A stretch of DNA of 64,000 nucleotides from an uncultured Thermoprotei archaeon (GCA_965367815.1 CBDUKN010000010.1:18193-82192); one strand, 5' to 3'; shown: positions 17,151 through 27,229, counted from the stretch's first letter. Program-made: numbers and translations. Notes: generated from the sequence alone by a model not told the origin.

Positions 17151-18389
17151 GTCAGATATACTGACCTTGCTCGCTGGAGTAGAGTTGGGAGAAGGGTACT
17201 TGTGTATGGTAGGAGGAAAGTGGGTAAGAGTTTCTTTGTAAAGCGTTTTACTAAGTGGGATGCTTATTTTCACGTTAAGAGAAGTGGAGGAATTCTTGAG
17301 CTTGATTCTTTGCGTGAAATTGACTACAATTACTTGAAAGATTACATTCTTAAGGAAAAGGATAAGAGAATCGTTGTAGATGAGTTTCATCGATTGCCGG
17401 AAGATTTTCTTGATTTTCTTCAAGCATATGCTCATGACTTAAATTTAGTGCTAATTACATCTACTCTGTGGCTTTCGCGGAAAATTCTTGGAGAAGACTC
17501 GCCTATTTTAGGATTATTCGAGGAATTTCGCATGAATATTGTAGATGAAAGAGACGCGATAATGTTTCTTAAAGATAGAGTTAAAGGTAAAGAGCTAATA
17601 GATACGGCTGTCTATATTAGGGAGCCTTGGATTATACCTTTACTTAAAGAAAGTGTGTATAAGGATATTCCGAGGATTTTAGTGGAGCAAAAGAATACTG
17701 TAGAGAGGCTTATCGGCGAAATATTTAGGGAAGAAGAAAGAGAGCTCAAGAAAACATATTTGGCTATAATGGAGGCAGTGGCTAATGGGAAGAAAAAGTC
17801 TACTGAAATATCTTCTTTTCTTTACTCGAGGAGGATCTTAGAAAAAGATGACGCGAGTTTAATTCAAAGCTATTTAACTACACTCTGCAACATAGGGGTA
17901 CTTGAGAGAGTTAATGTAGTTAATAAGAAGTACTGGTATTATCAGCATGTATCTCCTATAATAGATCTTTACTTTTACTTGGATAGTAAGTATGGTTTTT
18001 CCGAGATAGATATACCTGTAGAGGAAGTAGAGAAAGTTTTCTTAATGAAGCTTCCTTTACATGTAGAGCAGTTTTTCCGAAATCTATTATCGAAGCTATT
18101 TGGGCTGAGGAAAGGTATGGCAGTTGAGAAAGAATATGATGTAGACATTGTTCTTCAGTCTTTCAGGAAAGTAAGCTTAGTGGCTGAAGTAAAGTGGAAG
18201 AAGAGTGTTTCTAGGCAAGAAGTGCGGCGCCTAGAAGAAAGATTTCAGAAATATAGAGGCGCTAGAAAAATACTAATAGTGCCTGAAGAAAATGTACTGG
18301 AGATTGAGCCCGAGGAGATAGAGGTATGGGATTGTGATAGAGTTGTAGGAGAAGTATCTAAGTGTATAGAGCGTTTAAAAAAGACTTGA
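17136..18389 (+). CDS. Archaeal ATPase (AAA + wHTH + DUF234/PD-(D/E)xK domain)
   Basis: YGRRKVGKS, VVDEFHRL, C-terminal 'DVDIV...LVAEVKW'. Confidence 0.88.
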   Translation: MENILVRYTDLARWSRVGRRVLVYGRRKVGKSFFVKRFTKWDAYFHVKRSGGILELDSLREIDYNYLKDYILKEKDKRIVVDEFHRLPEDFLDFLQAYAHDLNLVLITSTLWLSRKILGEDSPILGLFEEFRMNIVDERDAIMFLKDRVKGKELIDTAVYIREPWIIPLLKESVYKDIPRILVEQKNTVERLIGEIFREEERELKKTYLAIMEAVANGKKKSTEISSFLYSRRILEKDDASLIQSYLTTLCNIGVLERVNVVNKKYWYYQHVSPIIDLYFYLDSKYGFSEIDIPVEEVEKVFLMKLPLHVEQFFRNLLSKLFGLRKGMAVEKEYDVDIVLQSFRKVSLVAEVKWKKSVSRQEVRRLEERFQKYRGARKILIVPEENVLEIEPEEIEVWDCDRVVGEVSKCIERLKKT

Positions 18390-18394
18390 GTATA

Positions 18395-19566
18395 TTATAG
18401 GCCTACAATTATTTCAGGATAGTTTTCTACTCTTCTTCCTTCAGTGAACTTGTTGTCGAGCACTATTTTCTTTATGTGTAGTGTGTTCTTGATGTCTTCT
18501 AGACATAGCTCTGTTTCTCTGCGGTATTTTCCTGGATTTATTGTAGCTGAGTCTACTTCCTTGCTTAAAGGTATTCTTTTATCGTGTTTGAGTCTGCGTA
18601 ACTCAGCTGTTACTGCTACAGCTATATCGCCTATACGAGCCTTTTCTTCACTATACTCGGGGGGTTTAGGCCAAGGAGCTACTGTAATGCTTATCCAAGG
18701 TTCTTTTCCTTCGTAGAGCCTGTAGTAGAGTTCTTCTGATATATGGGGAGCGAAAACTGATAGCATTTTAAGCAAGTCGAGTATAATGGTGTGGAGTGTG
18801 TATTTGGCTGCTTCACTTGAAGCTACTCTATATTTAATTAGCTCTAAGTAATGGTCGCAGAATTTATGCCAAGTGAAGTCAATTAACTTGACTATAGCTG
18901 ACTGGAAGTCGAAGTCCTCTAGGCTTTCTTCTACTTCTCTTACTATTTGAGCAAATTCGCGTAGAATCCAGTTGTCTACCTCTTTGAGGTCTTCCGGAGA
19001 CATTTTCTTCGATGGCTTGTAGTCTTTAATGAATAGGTAGGCTAGTCGCGTGGCGTTCCATATTTTAGTGAGAAATCTCTTAGCGTAGCTTAGTCCCTGC
19101 CAAGAGAACTTTAAGTCAGAGCCAGTGGCGGCTGCTGAAGCAACCCATATACGGAAAGCATCTGCTCCATACTTTTCGATTACTTCAAGTAAGCTTACGT
19201 AGTTTCCATAGCTCTTGTGCATCATTCTGCCATCGGTTCCTCTCATCATGCCGTTTATTAGCGCTGTTCTGTACTGTGTTTTCCCGAAAAGCGCTATTCC
19301 TCTAACTAAGAGATAGTAGTCCCATGTTCTAATAATATCGAAGCCGTTAGGCTGAAGATCTGCTGGAAATAGCCTATCGTCTAGTTTATCTGGCCAGCCA
19401 GCGTGAACTGCCGCCGTGATACTGGAGTCCATCCAAGTATCCATTACGCCTTTCTCTTCCCAGAATTTTTGCCACTTAGGCTCTATTTCCCGGAAATTGT
19501 ATCTCTTAGGAAAAACTATTTCGATAGAAGCTCTTTTTGTACTAAAAGTTAGCTGACTTCCGGCAA
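18395..19566 (-). pseudogene. valS: Valyl-tRNA synthetase with a large internal in-frame deletion and an out-of-frame start
   Basis: N-terminal 'FPKRYNFREIEPKWQKFWEEKGV' runs directly into 'MDTWMDSS...GFDIIRTW...MMHKSYGN...YGADAFR...FCDHYLE'. No HIGH motif or CP1 domain. The SD-preceded TTG at 19566 is out of frame. Confidence 0.85.
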
Positions 19567-19634
19567 GATGTCACCTGTTTTAAAGATTGAGAAAATTCCT
19601 AATATTCTTTTCGGAGCTGTGCTAAAACACTGAT

Positions 19635-21005
19635 TTATTCTGTTTCTTCTCTTCGCTTTCTTTTTCTAAGTCTCTTAAGTTTCCACTGAATATTTGACAG
19701 TGTCTCTAGTGAGAATACTCTCGCAGTCACGTAGAGCAGTACTAGTGAACAGAGAATAGATACTGCCAAGTATACTGGTGTTTCTGGCGGAAGACGACTT
19801 ATCATAGCCTGCTTAACCATTATTATTGGCTGAGTAAGCGGAATACAGTAGAGAGCAACCTTAACTGCTGGAGAAAACATTTTGAGCGGAGCAAATGCTA
19901 CGAGATATCCTGGTATAAATACTGCCATTGAGAGCGGGCCTACGAGTGTTCCGGCTATACGGACGTCGCTGCTGAATGCTCCAATAATGAGGCCTAGTGT
20001 AGCGGTAAAGAATATTGTGGCTATCATGCTTATTGTTATGAAAGCTAGGTCCTGCGTAGATATCATAACGTTGCTGAAACTGAAGAATCCTGTTTCGAAC
20101 TCAGATGTCTCTGGTACAGTGAACGCTGAGGCGAAGATGTACATATATGCTATGTAGCCGAGAATATTCAGGAGAGAGCCTATTACTGATACAATAAAGG
20201 ATCCGAGAAGCTTGGATAAGAGTATTTCCATGGGGGAGATGGGAAATGTGAGTAGAGTCTCTAGAGTCTTTTCTTCGTTTTCTACGGCCATTGATGTAGC
20301 CGATAACTGTATTACTGTAACGGCGATAATCATGAGAATAAGCGGCATGAAGAATGATGCGAAGCCAAGCGAAGTAATTAACATGAACGGGCTACCAGCA
20401 ATAAGAATATCTTTGCCTTCAAGGTAGCTTACAGACTGCTCTGTGACAGGATTCACTAACACGTCGTATGGTGCTTGAGCACCCGCAGCGTACTTTTCTC
20501 CAAGATACCTTTCAATGAGAGGCTGTATTCTCCCTGTTTTAGCAGCTGAGCCCCCGAAAATTGTTATTTCTTTAACAATATTGAGGCAGTACAGCTTAAC
20601 TCTCTCTTTTTTCACTACTTTTTCGCTGAAATCGGGTGGAATGACTAAGATCAACTCTAAGTCTAATTTCTGTTGCCTAATATGATCTACTATTTTCCTG
20701 AAAGTATTCGATGAAAGCTCTTCTGCACTAAAATCTATCTTGTAGATTATTAAACGGCTTTCATTCTTTTTAGACTCTAAATAAGACAGTAGTTTTGCTC
20801 CCTCAGAGCCCTTGTCTAAGCATATTACTCCGACTTTTAAATACCCTTTAACAGCTTCCTCAAATACAGATTTCATAGGAAACTGTATTACTAAAGCCAT
20901 TATCGGCATTATCAGCGCTCCAATAATAAAGGGAATCCATATTCTCGGGTCTCTAATTAAGTCTTTTATTTCTTTAACTACAAGAGGCTTCAACATAGTT
21001 CTCAC
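19635..21005 (-). CDS. ABC-2 permease (NatB-like)
   Basis: 'KEIKDLIRDPR', 'MAVENEEKTLETLLTFPIS...KLLGS'. Confidence 0.88.
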   Translation of the reverse strand: MRTMLKPLVVKEIKDLIRDPRIWIPFIIGALIMPIMALVIQFPMKSVFEEAVKGYLKVGVICLDKGSEGAKLLSYLESKKNESRLIIYKIDFSAEELSSNTFRKIVDHIRQQKLDLELILVIPPDFSEKVVKKERVKLYCLNIVKEITIFGGSAAKTGRIQPLIERYLGEKYAAGAQAPYDVLVNPVTEQSVSYLEGKDILIAGSPFMLITSLGFASFFMPLILMIIAVTVIQLSATSMAVENEEKTLETLLTFPISPMEILLSKLLGSFIVSVIGSLLNILGYIAYMYIFASAFTVPETSEFETGFFSFSNVMISTQDLAFITISMIATIFFTATLGLIIGAFSSDVRIAGTLVGPLSMAVFIPGYLVAFAPLKMFSPAVKVALYCIPLTQPIIMVKQAMISRLPPETPVYLAVSILCSLVLLYVTARVFSLETLSNIQWKLKRLRKRKRREETE

Positions 21006-21730
21006 CTCTTAACTAGAAGCAGAAATAGCTCCTCAAGGTTTTTGACGCCGTGTTCTTGAAGCAGGTCTTTAACAAATCCTTTAGCTAGAACTTCACCTTT
21101 ATTAATCAAAGCTACTTTCTCACAAACATACTCTACTTCAAGCATATTGTGGCTCGAAATAAGTACTGTTGTGCCGTAAGTTTGCGCAAAATCTTTAATC
21201 ATGTTTCTCACCTTAGTAGCGTGTATAACGTCTAGTCCTGAAGTGGGCTCATCTAAAATGGCTACCTTGGGCTTCACCATGAATACTCTAGCGACCTGAA
21301 TACGGCGCTTCATACCCTTACTGTAAGTCTTCATTTTATTGTGAATCTGGTCGCCGAGATTAGCTAGTCTTATTCCAAGCTCTAGTGCCTCTTCAGCTTC
21401 CTTTGACTTCCCATAGTAGATTTCAGCAACCATTTTCAAAAACTCGTAGCCTGTGATATTCTTATATGCTCCAGCGTCTTCAGGCAAATAAGAAACAATG
21501 CGTCTGAGTTCGCTTAAATTCTCGTAAATACTCTTACCCATTATTTTAACGTCGCCAGAGGTAGGAGGAATAAGTCCTGCAATAATTCTAAAAGTAGTTG
21601 TCTTACCCGCGCCGTTTGGTCCAATAAGCCCGAAAATTTCGCCTTCCTCTACTTCAAATGAGATTCCTTTAAGTGCCGGAAAATTTCCAAAAAATTTCTT
21701 TAAGTTAATGACTTCAACAGCTTCCATCAC
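21002..21730 (-). CDS. ABC ATP-binding protein (NatA-like)
   Basis: GPNGAGKT, YSKGMK, LDEPTSGLD, SSHNMLEV. Confidence 0.9.
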   Translation of the reverse strand: MMEAVEVINLKKFFGNFPALKGISFEVEEGEIFGLIGPNGAGKTTTFRIIAGLIPPTSGDVKIMGKSIYENLSELRRIVSYLPEDAGAYKNITGYEFLKMVAEIYYGKSKEAEEALELGIRLANLGDQIHNKMKTYSKGMKRRIQVARVFMVKPKVAILDEPTSGLDVIHATKVRNMIKDFAQTYGTTVLISSHNMLEVEYVCEKVALINKGEVLAKGFVKDLLQEHGVKNLEELFLLLVKR

Positions 21731-21814
21731 AAAGAAATGAAGAAGCTCGTATATAAGGTTTCACTTAAGTAATAAACGAATATTAAGCAGTATGTAAAAA
21801 AGAAAGTAAAGAGA

Positions 21815-22879
21815 TTAAACCGAGTTCTCATATAGCTCATCAATAGTTAGCACTTTGATTTTCAGGTGCGCGTAGTTCTCGTCAATAAAGTAATATGAGA
21901 AAATAATGAAGTTTTCCTTAAAAGTAATACTTGGATAGCAGTAAGTATGCTTTTCACTAGACTCTAAGTCCAGCACCTTTACCCACGTAGCCCCCTCATC
22001 CTTAGAAATAGCGCATGAAAGAGGAGTCCTCCGCTGAAACTCTTCATCAACAATATCAACGCCTCTCCTCTTAACCTTACTTAAGTCAAATCCACTTTTA
22101 TCATTCCACACTAAAAGAAGATCACCTGTCTTCGGAATTCTCTTTATGCTAGATGGAGACAGAGGAGCCTTAACATTGCCCAGTGGTTCAGGTTTGCTCC
22201 AAGTTTCTCCTTCATCCTCAGAAAAGCTAGCATAGATGTAGCCCAGTGCTGTCCTCATATACATCATAAGCCTACCATCCTTCAGTTCAACAACACCGGG
22301 CTCCTGAAGCCCCGCCCAGCTATCAACATCCTTTAAAACAACTTCTCCTGAGCTCTTTTTCCAAGTCTCTCCGTTGTCGTCAGAGTAGTATATGAAACTT
22401 TTCCAGCGACTATACTGAGTAGGATCTTGGTACACTGCTACAGGAGCAGTAATTCTTCCTGAAGATAATTGGACAACTCTATCATTATTTAAAACAAAGT
22501 ACCTTTCTTCCCCTGTAACGAGAACAGGTTTGCTCCAAGTTTCTCCTTCATCAAAAGATTTCCTCATATAAACTCGGCAGTCATGATAAGAGTTCTTAAC
22601 TAAGTAAAACATAGCGAGTTCGCCGCTCTTAAGCCTAAGCAAACTAACACTCATAACATTACATCCACCAACATTTTCTTGAAGCAGCCGAAAATCTTCC
22701 CAAGTTCTTCCATTATCTCTCGAAATCGCCTTAATTATTCGGGCAGGAGAAAAATCGCTTCGATCACCGTAAAACTCAGTATAAGCTAGCAGCAAATCAC
22801 CATTATTCAGTACAGCAATATCGCCCTCTCCTTTCCTCGGAAACCTAGCATTAGCTCGAAGTAAAGTTTCGTAAACCAT
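21815..22879 (-). CDS. Sialidase-like BNR/Asp-box beta-propeller protein (GH33-like)
   Basis: Five Asp-boxes (SRDNGRTW, SFDEGETW, SDDNGETW, SEDEGETW, SKDEGATW); 'QEPGVVELKDGRLMMYMR'; 'YCYPS'. Confidence 0.85.
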   Translation of the reverse strand: MVYETLLRANARFPRKGEGDIAVLNNGDLLLAYTEFYGDRSDFSPARIIKAISRDNGRTWEDFRLLQENVGGCNVMSVSLLRLKSGELAMFYLVKNSYHDCRVYMRKSFDEGETWSKPVLVTGEERYFVLNNDRVVQLSSGRITAPVAVYQDPTQYSRWKSFIYYSDDNGETWKKSSGEVVLKDVDSWAGLQEPGVVELKDGRLMMYMRTALGYIYASFSEDEGETWSKPEPLGNVKAPLSPSSIKRIPKTGDLLLVWNDKSGFDLSKVKRRGVDIVDEEFQRRTPLSCAISKDEGATWVKVLDLESSEKHTYCYPSITFKENFIIFSYYFIDENYAHLKIKVLTIDELYENSV

Positions 22880-22983
22880 GTATAAAGCCCATTTATCCTC
22901 TATATAATACTTCTCCGAGAAATCTCTTCCTCAACATAAAGTCTTAAATATGTATTTATGTAGTGTATTCTTAGTGGTACATT

Positions 22984-23238
22984 TTGTATAAAGTTAAAGT
23001 TCTTTCAGGATATAGAGTAAGTATACCCAAAGAAGTTAGAGAAAGACTTGGATTGAAAATAGGCGATGAGCTTATATTGGAAATAGAAGGCTCGAAAATA
23101 ATTTTAAGACCAGCATTTCTGCCCGAAGACCCTGTTTTTACTATGCTAGGTATTACGGGAGATAAGAAGAAAGAGTTAAAAGAACCCGAATTATCTGTCA
23201 TTAAAGAGCTTGAAGAAAAATTAAAGAGGAGTGATTAA
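22984..23238 (+). CDS. AbrB/MazE/SpoVT-type antitoxin
   Basis: 'YRVSIPKEVRERLGLKIGDEL'; coupled to a PIN gene. Confidence 0.9.
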   Translation: MYKVKVLSGYRVSIPKEVRERLGLKIGDELILEIEGSKIILRPAFLPEDPVFTMLGITGDKKKELKEPELSVIKELEEKLKRSD

Positions 23239-23714
23239 TGTTTTACGTTGACTCAACTACTTTCATTAAATGGATTTCTGCTAAAAGAAAAGTTATAACA
23301 CTAAACGAAGCAATCTCAGGCTATGTCCTATACAAAATCAGCAAAGGAACAAGAGCAGTAACTTCTACTCTCGTTAAAGACGAAGTACTTATATGGTGCT
23401 CAAGATATAAAGCCAGCAGACTAGCAGATTTTCTTTTAGCGCTAAGAGCACTACTATCGCTTGAAATAGTTCAGCCAACTATTGAAGATGAGTGGAATGC
23501 TATTAAAGAGTACGGTAAGTATCCGCTAAGCATAAGTGATTTAATAAACTTAAATCTAATGAAAAGACTGGGCGTAAATACTATAGTTTCGGCAGACAAA
23601 GGTTTCGACAAGTATCATGGAGTTAAAAGAATTTTCAGCGAACTCTCGGCAGAAAAAGAATTTAGAGTTTTCTTAAATGAGCTGCAAAAAAGAGGTATTA
23701 CATTAAAGAAATAA
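23238..23714 (+). CDS. vapC: PIN-domain toxin
   Basis: 'FYVDSTTF', 'SISDLINL', 'IVSADKGFD'. Confidence 0.85.
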   Translation: MFYVDSTTFIKWISAKRKVITLNEAISGYVLYKISKGTRAVTSTLVKDEVLIWCSRYKASRLADFLLALRALLSLEIVQPTIEDEWNAIKEYGKYPLSISDLINLNLMKRLGVNTIVSADKGFDKYHGVKRIFSELSAEKEFRVFLNELQKRGITLKK

Positions 23715-24045
23715 GCTTTTAGTTACCAGTACTCTAATTTATTTCGATTTCCCTAAATGAGGAAAATATGGAAGTACTATAAACAGTTATGCTTTAAAAT
23801 CAAAACTAAGATTAGTATATATTTCAATAAGAAGACTGTGTTTTCTCTCTATAGATAGAAAACCATGTGTATTTATTATAAAAATAGCAAAAACTTACCT
23901 ATGATCTATGCTTACTTGTAATACTGTTAAGCGACATTAAATACCTCAACGTAAATATACTCCCATAGACTATTGTGAACTCAATTACTCTCTACAGTTC
24001 AATTAAAGGAAAACCACAATAATAATGTCTAAAAATAAGCTAAGA

Positions 24046-24762
24046 CTATAGTTCTATACTGAACCCTTCTATTTCAATATTTTTGCCTGAAGACGAAGGC
24101 AAATACTTTCCGATAAGTCTTGCTAGCGGCGGGAGGATTCTTGTCTGAATGTAGACTGTTCCTGGGCCTTCGACTTCAAGTACTAGACCCTCGCCTCCAA
24201 GAAAGAAGCTCTTCCATCTACCGAATTTCTTTACTCTCCATTTAATATCTTCGTTCATTGCCACAAAGTGGAAATTGTCGACAATCACTTTCTCGCCCGG
24301 CTTCAAGTTTACTCTGCTTAATCCACCATAAGTATTAACCCACATACCACCAACACCTTTAAGCTTAAGCCAGATAAGTTCTCCTTCAGCAAGAAGTCCT
24401 TTCAGCCCTCTCCAAGCAACACCTACATCTACGTCACCGTGGTGCGCTAAATAAGACATATCTTGGACAATGTATCCCTCGCCGCTCAATGGAACATAAG
24501 CTATGTCTCCGGGAACACTTGGAGCAAACCATACCTCAGCAAACGATTTCGCCTCATAAGTATTCAAGAAAACACTTTCAGTCCCGAAAATACCTCTAAG
24601 CAACGCCTTAGCAATACCACCAGTATGAGTCTTTATCTCGACATTTCCTTTCATTAAAACCATTGCGCCAGCTTCAGCAGTAACACTTTCACCTGGATTT
24701 AACTTTACTCTAAGCAAAGAGTATGCAGGACGGTACTCTACAGTCCACTCCATAATTTTCAC
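24046..24762 (-). CDS. TIGR00266/AIM24-family protein
   Basis: 'ESVTAEAGAMV', 'APSVPGDI', 'VDNFHFVA', 'GEGLV...GPGTVYIQTR'. True start probably a few codons downstream (ATG after the GGTGA SD). Confidence 0.9.
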   Translation of the reverse strand: MKIMEWTVEYRPAYSLLRVKLNPGESVTAEAGAMVLMKGNVEIKTHTGGIAKALLRGIFGTESVFLNTYEAKSFAEVWFAPSVPGDIAYVPLSGEGYIVQDMSYLAHHGDVDVGVAWRGLKGLLAEGELIWLKLKGVGGMWVNTYGGLSRVNLKPGEKVIVDNFHFVAMNEDIKWRVKKFGRWKSFFLGGEGLVLEVEGPGTVYIQTRILPPLARLIGKYLPSSSGKNIEIEGFSIEL

Positions 24763-24818
24763 CTCTTATTAAACTAAATACAGTAGAATTAATTAATTTT
24801 ATTCAACAGGTATCAAAG

Positions 24819-25049
24819 TTATTTTTCTTCAATAGGTAGTATTTCCTGTTCCAGCTCTTTCTTAACTTGTCTTCTAATATCCCATACTACTAAAATAAAG
24901 AAAATAAACGAAAAGACTATAGCTAAAACATCTATAACGAATGAAGCATAGTGCTCTCTTTTTCCAATTAAGTAAGGCAGTGGAAGAAAAGATAATAGTA
25001 GAAAGAGCACAGCCATAGTTAAAGCTACTCTTGCTACTAAAGGATTCAT
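24819..25049 (-). CDS. Small two-TM membrane protein
   Basis: 76-aa ORF with two hydrophobic helices and a charged tail. Confidence 0.6.
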   Translation of the reverse strand: MNPLVARVALTMAVLFLLLSFLPLPYLIGKREHYASFVIDVLAIVFSFIFFILVVWDIRRQVKKELEQEILPIEEK

Positions 25050-25231
25050 ATTCTATAGTAGTATTCAGGTTTTAATAAGACTACTGCCCGGTACTTAATC
25101 CATTAAGTACTCTTAAGTAAATAGAATGTTGAAATCTTGATGGTCGGTAGAAAAGTAACTAAACTATGCTTAAAGAGCTAAAGTTTTAATAATTCATTGT
25201 AGTATAATTAGCCGGAAAACGAGGTGACTAA

Positions 25232-26221
25232 ATGAGCTTAGGTACGCGTGAAGTACTGCTTAGCATAAGGGGACTTACTGTAGAATTCAAAATACCTAGA
25301 GGAATACTTAGAGCAGTAGACAATGTCTACTTAGATGTATACAAGGGAGAAGTACTGGGTTTAGCTGGTGAGAGCGGCTGCGGTAAATCTGTTTTAGCTC
25401 ACGCTATACTAAATATAGTTGATCCTAACGGGTATATCAAAAGCGGAAAAATAATATTTAGAGATAATGGTAAGGAAATAGATATATTGTCTCTTCCAAA
25501 AGGACGCTTAAGAAGATTTAGATGGGAAAAAATATCAATTGTCTTTCAGGGAGCTCAAAACTCATTCAATCCTGTTATAAAAATAAAAGATCACTTTATA
25601 GACACTGTAGTAGATCATAAAGGAAAGATATCTACTAAAAAAGTATTTGAAGAAGCAGAAAAACTACTTAAGCAAGTACGTCTCGACGCTAGCCGAGTAC
25701 TAGGAATGTACCAGCATGAAATGAGCGGAGGTATGAAGCAGAGAGCACTTATTGCTTTAAGCTTTATACTTAAGCCAAAGCTAATTATTCTAGATGAACC
25801 TACTTCAGCACTCGATGTTCTTACACAGAAGTATATTGTGTCTCTACTTAAAGAAATTCATGAAAAAACAGGAGTAACAATGATTTTTATTACACACGAC
25901 CTACCTGTTCTAGCTGAAATAGCCAACAGAATAGCCATAATGTATCTAGGAAATATAGTGGAAGTAGCAGATGTTCGAAAAATATTTTACGAGCCAAAAC
26001 ATCCCTATACTCAAGCACTACTTAAATCAATACCTTCAATAGTAGGTCCTATAGAAGAACTTCGCCCATTACCGGGTCCAAGACCCGATCCCGTTAATCC
26101 TCCTTCTGGCTGTAAATTCCACCCAAGATGTCCTCATAGAATGAAAATATGTGAAGAAAAAGCCCCCAAGCTAATAGATATAGGAGGAGAACACTATGTA
26201 GCCTGTCACCTATATCAATAA
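25232..26221 (+). CDS. oppD: Oligopeptide/oligosaccharide ABC ATP-binding protein (OppD/DppD)
   Basis: GESGCGKS, MSGGMKQR, HPYT, C-terminal 'GCKFHPRC...VACHL'; GAGGTGA SD. Confidence 0.9.
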   Translation: MSLGTREVLLSIRGLTVEFKIPRGILRAVDNVYLDVYKGEVLGLAGESGCGKSVLAHAILNIVDPNGYIKSGKIIFRDNGKEIDILSLPKGRLRRFRWEKISIVFQGAQNSFNPVIKIKDHFIDTVVDHKGKISTKKVFEEAEKLLKQVRLDASRVLGMYQHEMSGGMKQRALIALSFILKPKLIILDEPTSALDVLTQKYIVSLLKEIHEKTGVTMIFITHDLPVLAEIANRIAIMYLGNIVEVADVRKIFYEPKHPYTQALLKSIPSIVGPIEELRPLPGPRPDPVNPPSGCKFHPRCPHRMKICEEKAPKLIDIGGEHYVACHLYQ

Positions 26222-26370
26222 AAGAAAGTGAGTAAAATAGCGAGTAAGCTAGTATAGATGACAAGCTACTAAACGGCCTTTAATCTCTCTTAATTCCGGC
26301 ACTTTTTCTTCACATATTTTTTCGGCGTAAGGGCACCTTGTATGGAATTTACAGCCAGAAGGAGGATTAA
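26094..26370. repeat. 28-bp perfect inverted repeat (plus a nested 19-bp one) between the convergent oppD and oppF 3' ends
   Basis: TTAATCCTCCTTCTGGCTGTAAATTCCA at 26094-26121 is the reverse complement of 26343-26370; AAAATATGTGAAGAAAAAG at 26144-26162 pairs with 26302-26320. Confidence 0.9.
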
Positions 26371-27229
26371 TTAAGCTAGGTATTTCAAGGCTTTTTAACT
26401 TAGGTAATCCTCTTTTAGCAGCTAAATCAGGGTCGGGTACTGGAACTGCTTGAATCAGTACTTGAGTATATGGGTGTAATGGGTTTTTAATGACATCTTC
26501 TGTTCTACCTATTTCTACGATATTTCCTAAGTACATAATAGCTACTCTTCCTTCTTTAGCAAAGTATCTAGCTATAGCTAAGTCGTGTGTAATGAAAAGA
26601 TACGCTGTCTTGAATTTTTTCTGAAGATTCAAGAGGATATCAAGTATTTCTATTCTAAGGGAAGCATCAAGCATAGAAACAGCTTCATCAGCCACAATAA
26701 ACTTTGGCTGAACACTAATAGCTCTAGCTATAGAAATTCTCTGCAACTGTCCTCCACTCAGCCTACACGTATATCTCTTAAAGAAGTCTTCGGGAGGAAC
26801 CAAGCCAACTAGTTCAAGTAGCTCTGCAGCTTTTTTTAGAGCTTCTTTCTTATTTTTAACAATCTTATACTTTAATAGTGGGGGAATTAACTGTGAAACA
26901 ATATTTCTCATAGGGTTCAGTGCCGAGTAAGGGTCTTGAGGTATAAGCTGAGCATTTCTCCTAAATTCTTCGTATTCTTTTCCTTTAAGAGACCAGATAT
27001 CTTTACCCATGTATAGTATTTTTCCTTCAGTAGGCTTAATTAAACCCAGCATAAGTCTGCCTAAAGTACTTTTACCGCAACCCGATTCTCCTACAAGTGC
27101 CACTATTTCGTTTTCCCTTATCTCTAAGCTAACTCTGTCTACTGCTTTAATGAAATGTCTCTTAGAAAACATTCCCCCAGCTATAGGAAATATTTTCGTT
27201 ACTTCTCGAGCCTCAATTACAGTATCCAT
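26249..27229 (-). CDS. oppF: Oligopeptide/oligosaccharide ABC ATP-binding protein (OppF/DppF)
   Basis: GESGCGKST, LSGGQLQR, 'ADEAVSMLDASLR', 'GCKFHTRC'. Confidence 0.9.
   Translation of the reverse strand: MDTVIEAREVTKIFPIAGGMFSKRHFIKAVDRVSLEIRENEIVALVGESGCGKSTLGRLMLGLIKPTEGKILYMGKDIWSLKGKEYEEFRRNAQLIPQDPYSALNPMRNIVSQLIPPLLKYKIVKNKKEALKKAAELLELVGLVPPEDFFKRYTCRLSGGQLQRISIARAISVQPKFIVADEAVSMLDASLRIEILDILLNLQKKFKTAYLFITHDLAIARYFAKEGRVAIMYLGNIVEIGRTEDVIKNPLHPYTQVLIQAVPVPDPDLAAKRGLPKLKSLEIPSLINPPSGCKFHTRCPYAEKICEEKVPELREIKGRLVACHLY

Noticed and set aside
22189-22552. Exact 28-bp direct repeat CAGGTTTGCTCCAAGTTTCTCCTTCATC (22189-22216 and 22525-22552) as CRISPR or att site
   Set aside because: Only two copies, 336 bp apart and in frame, both encoding the Asp-box DEGETWSKP of the propeller protein.
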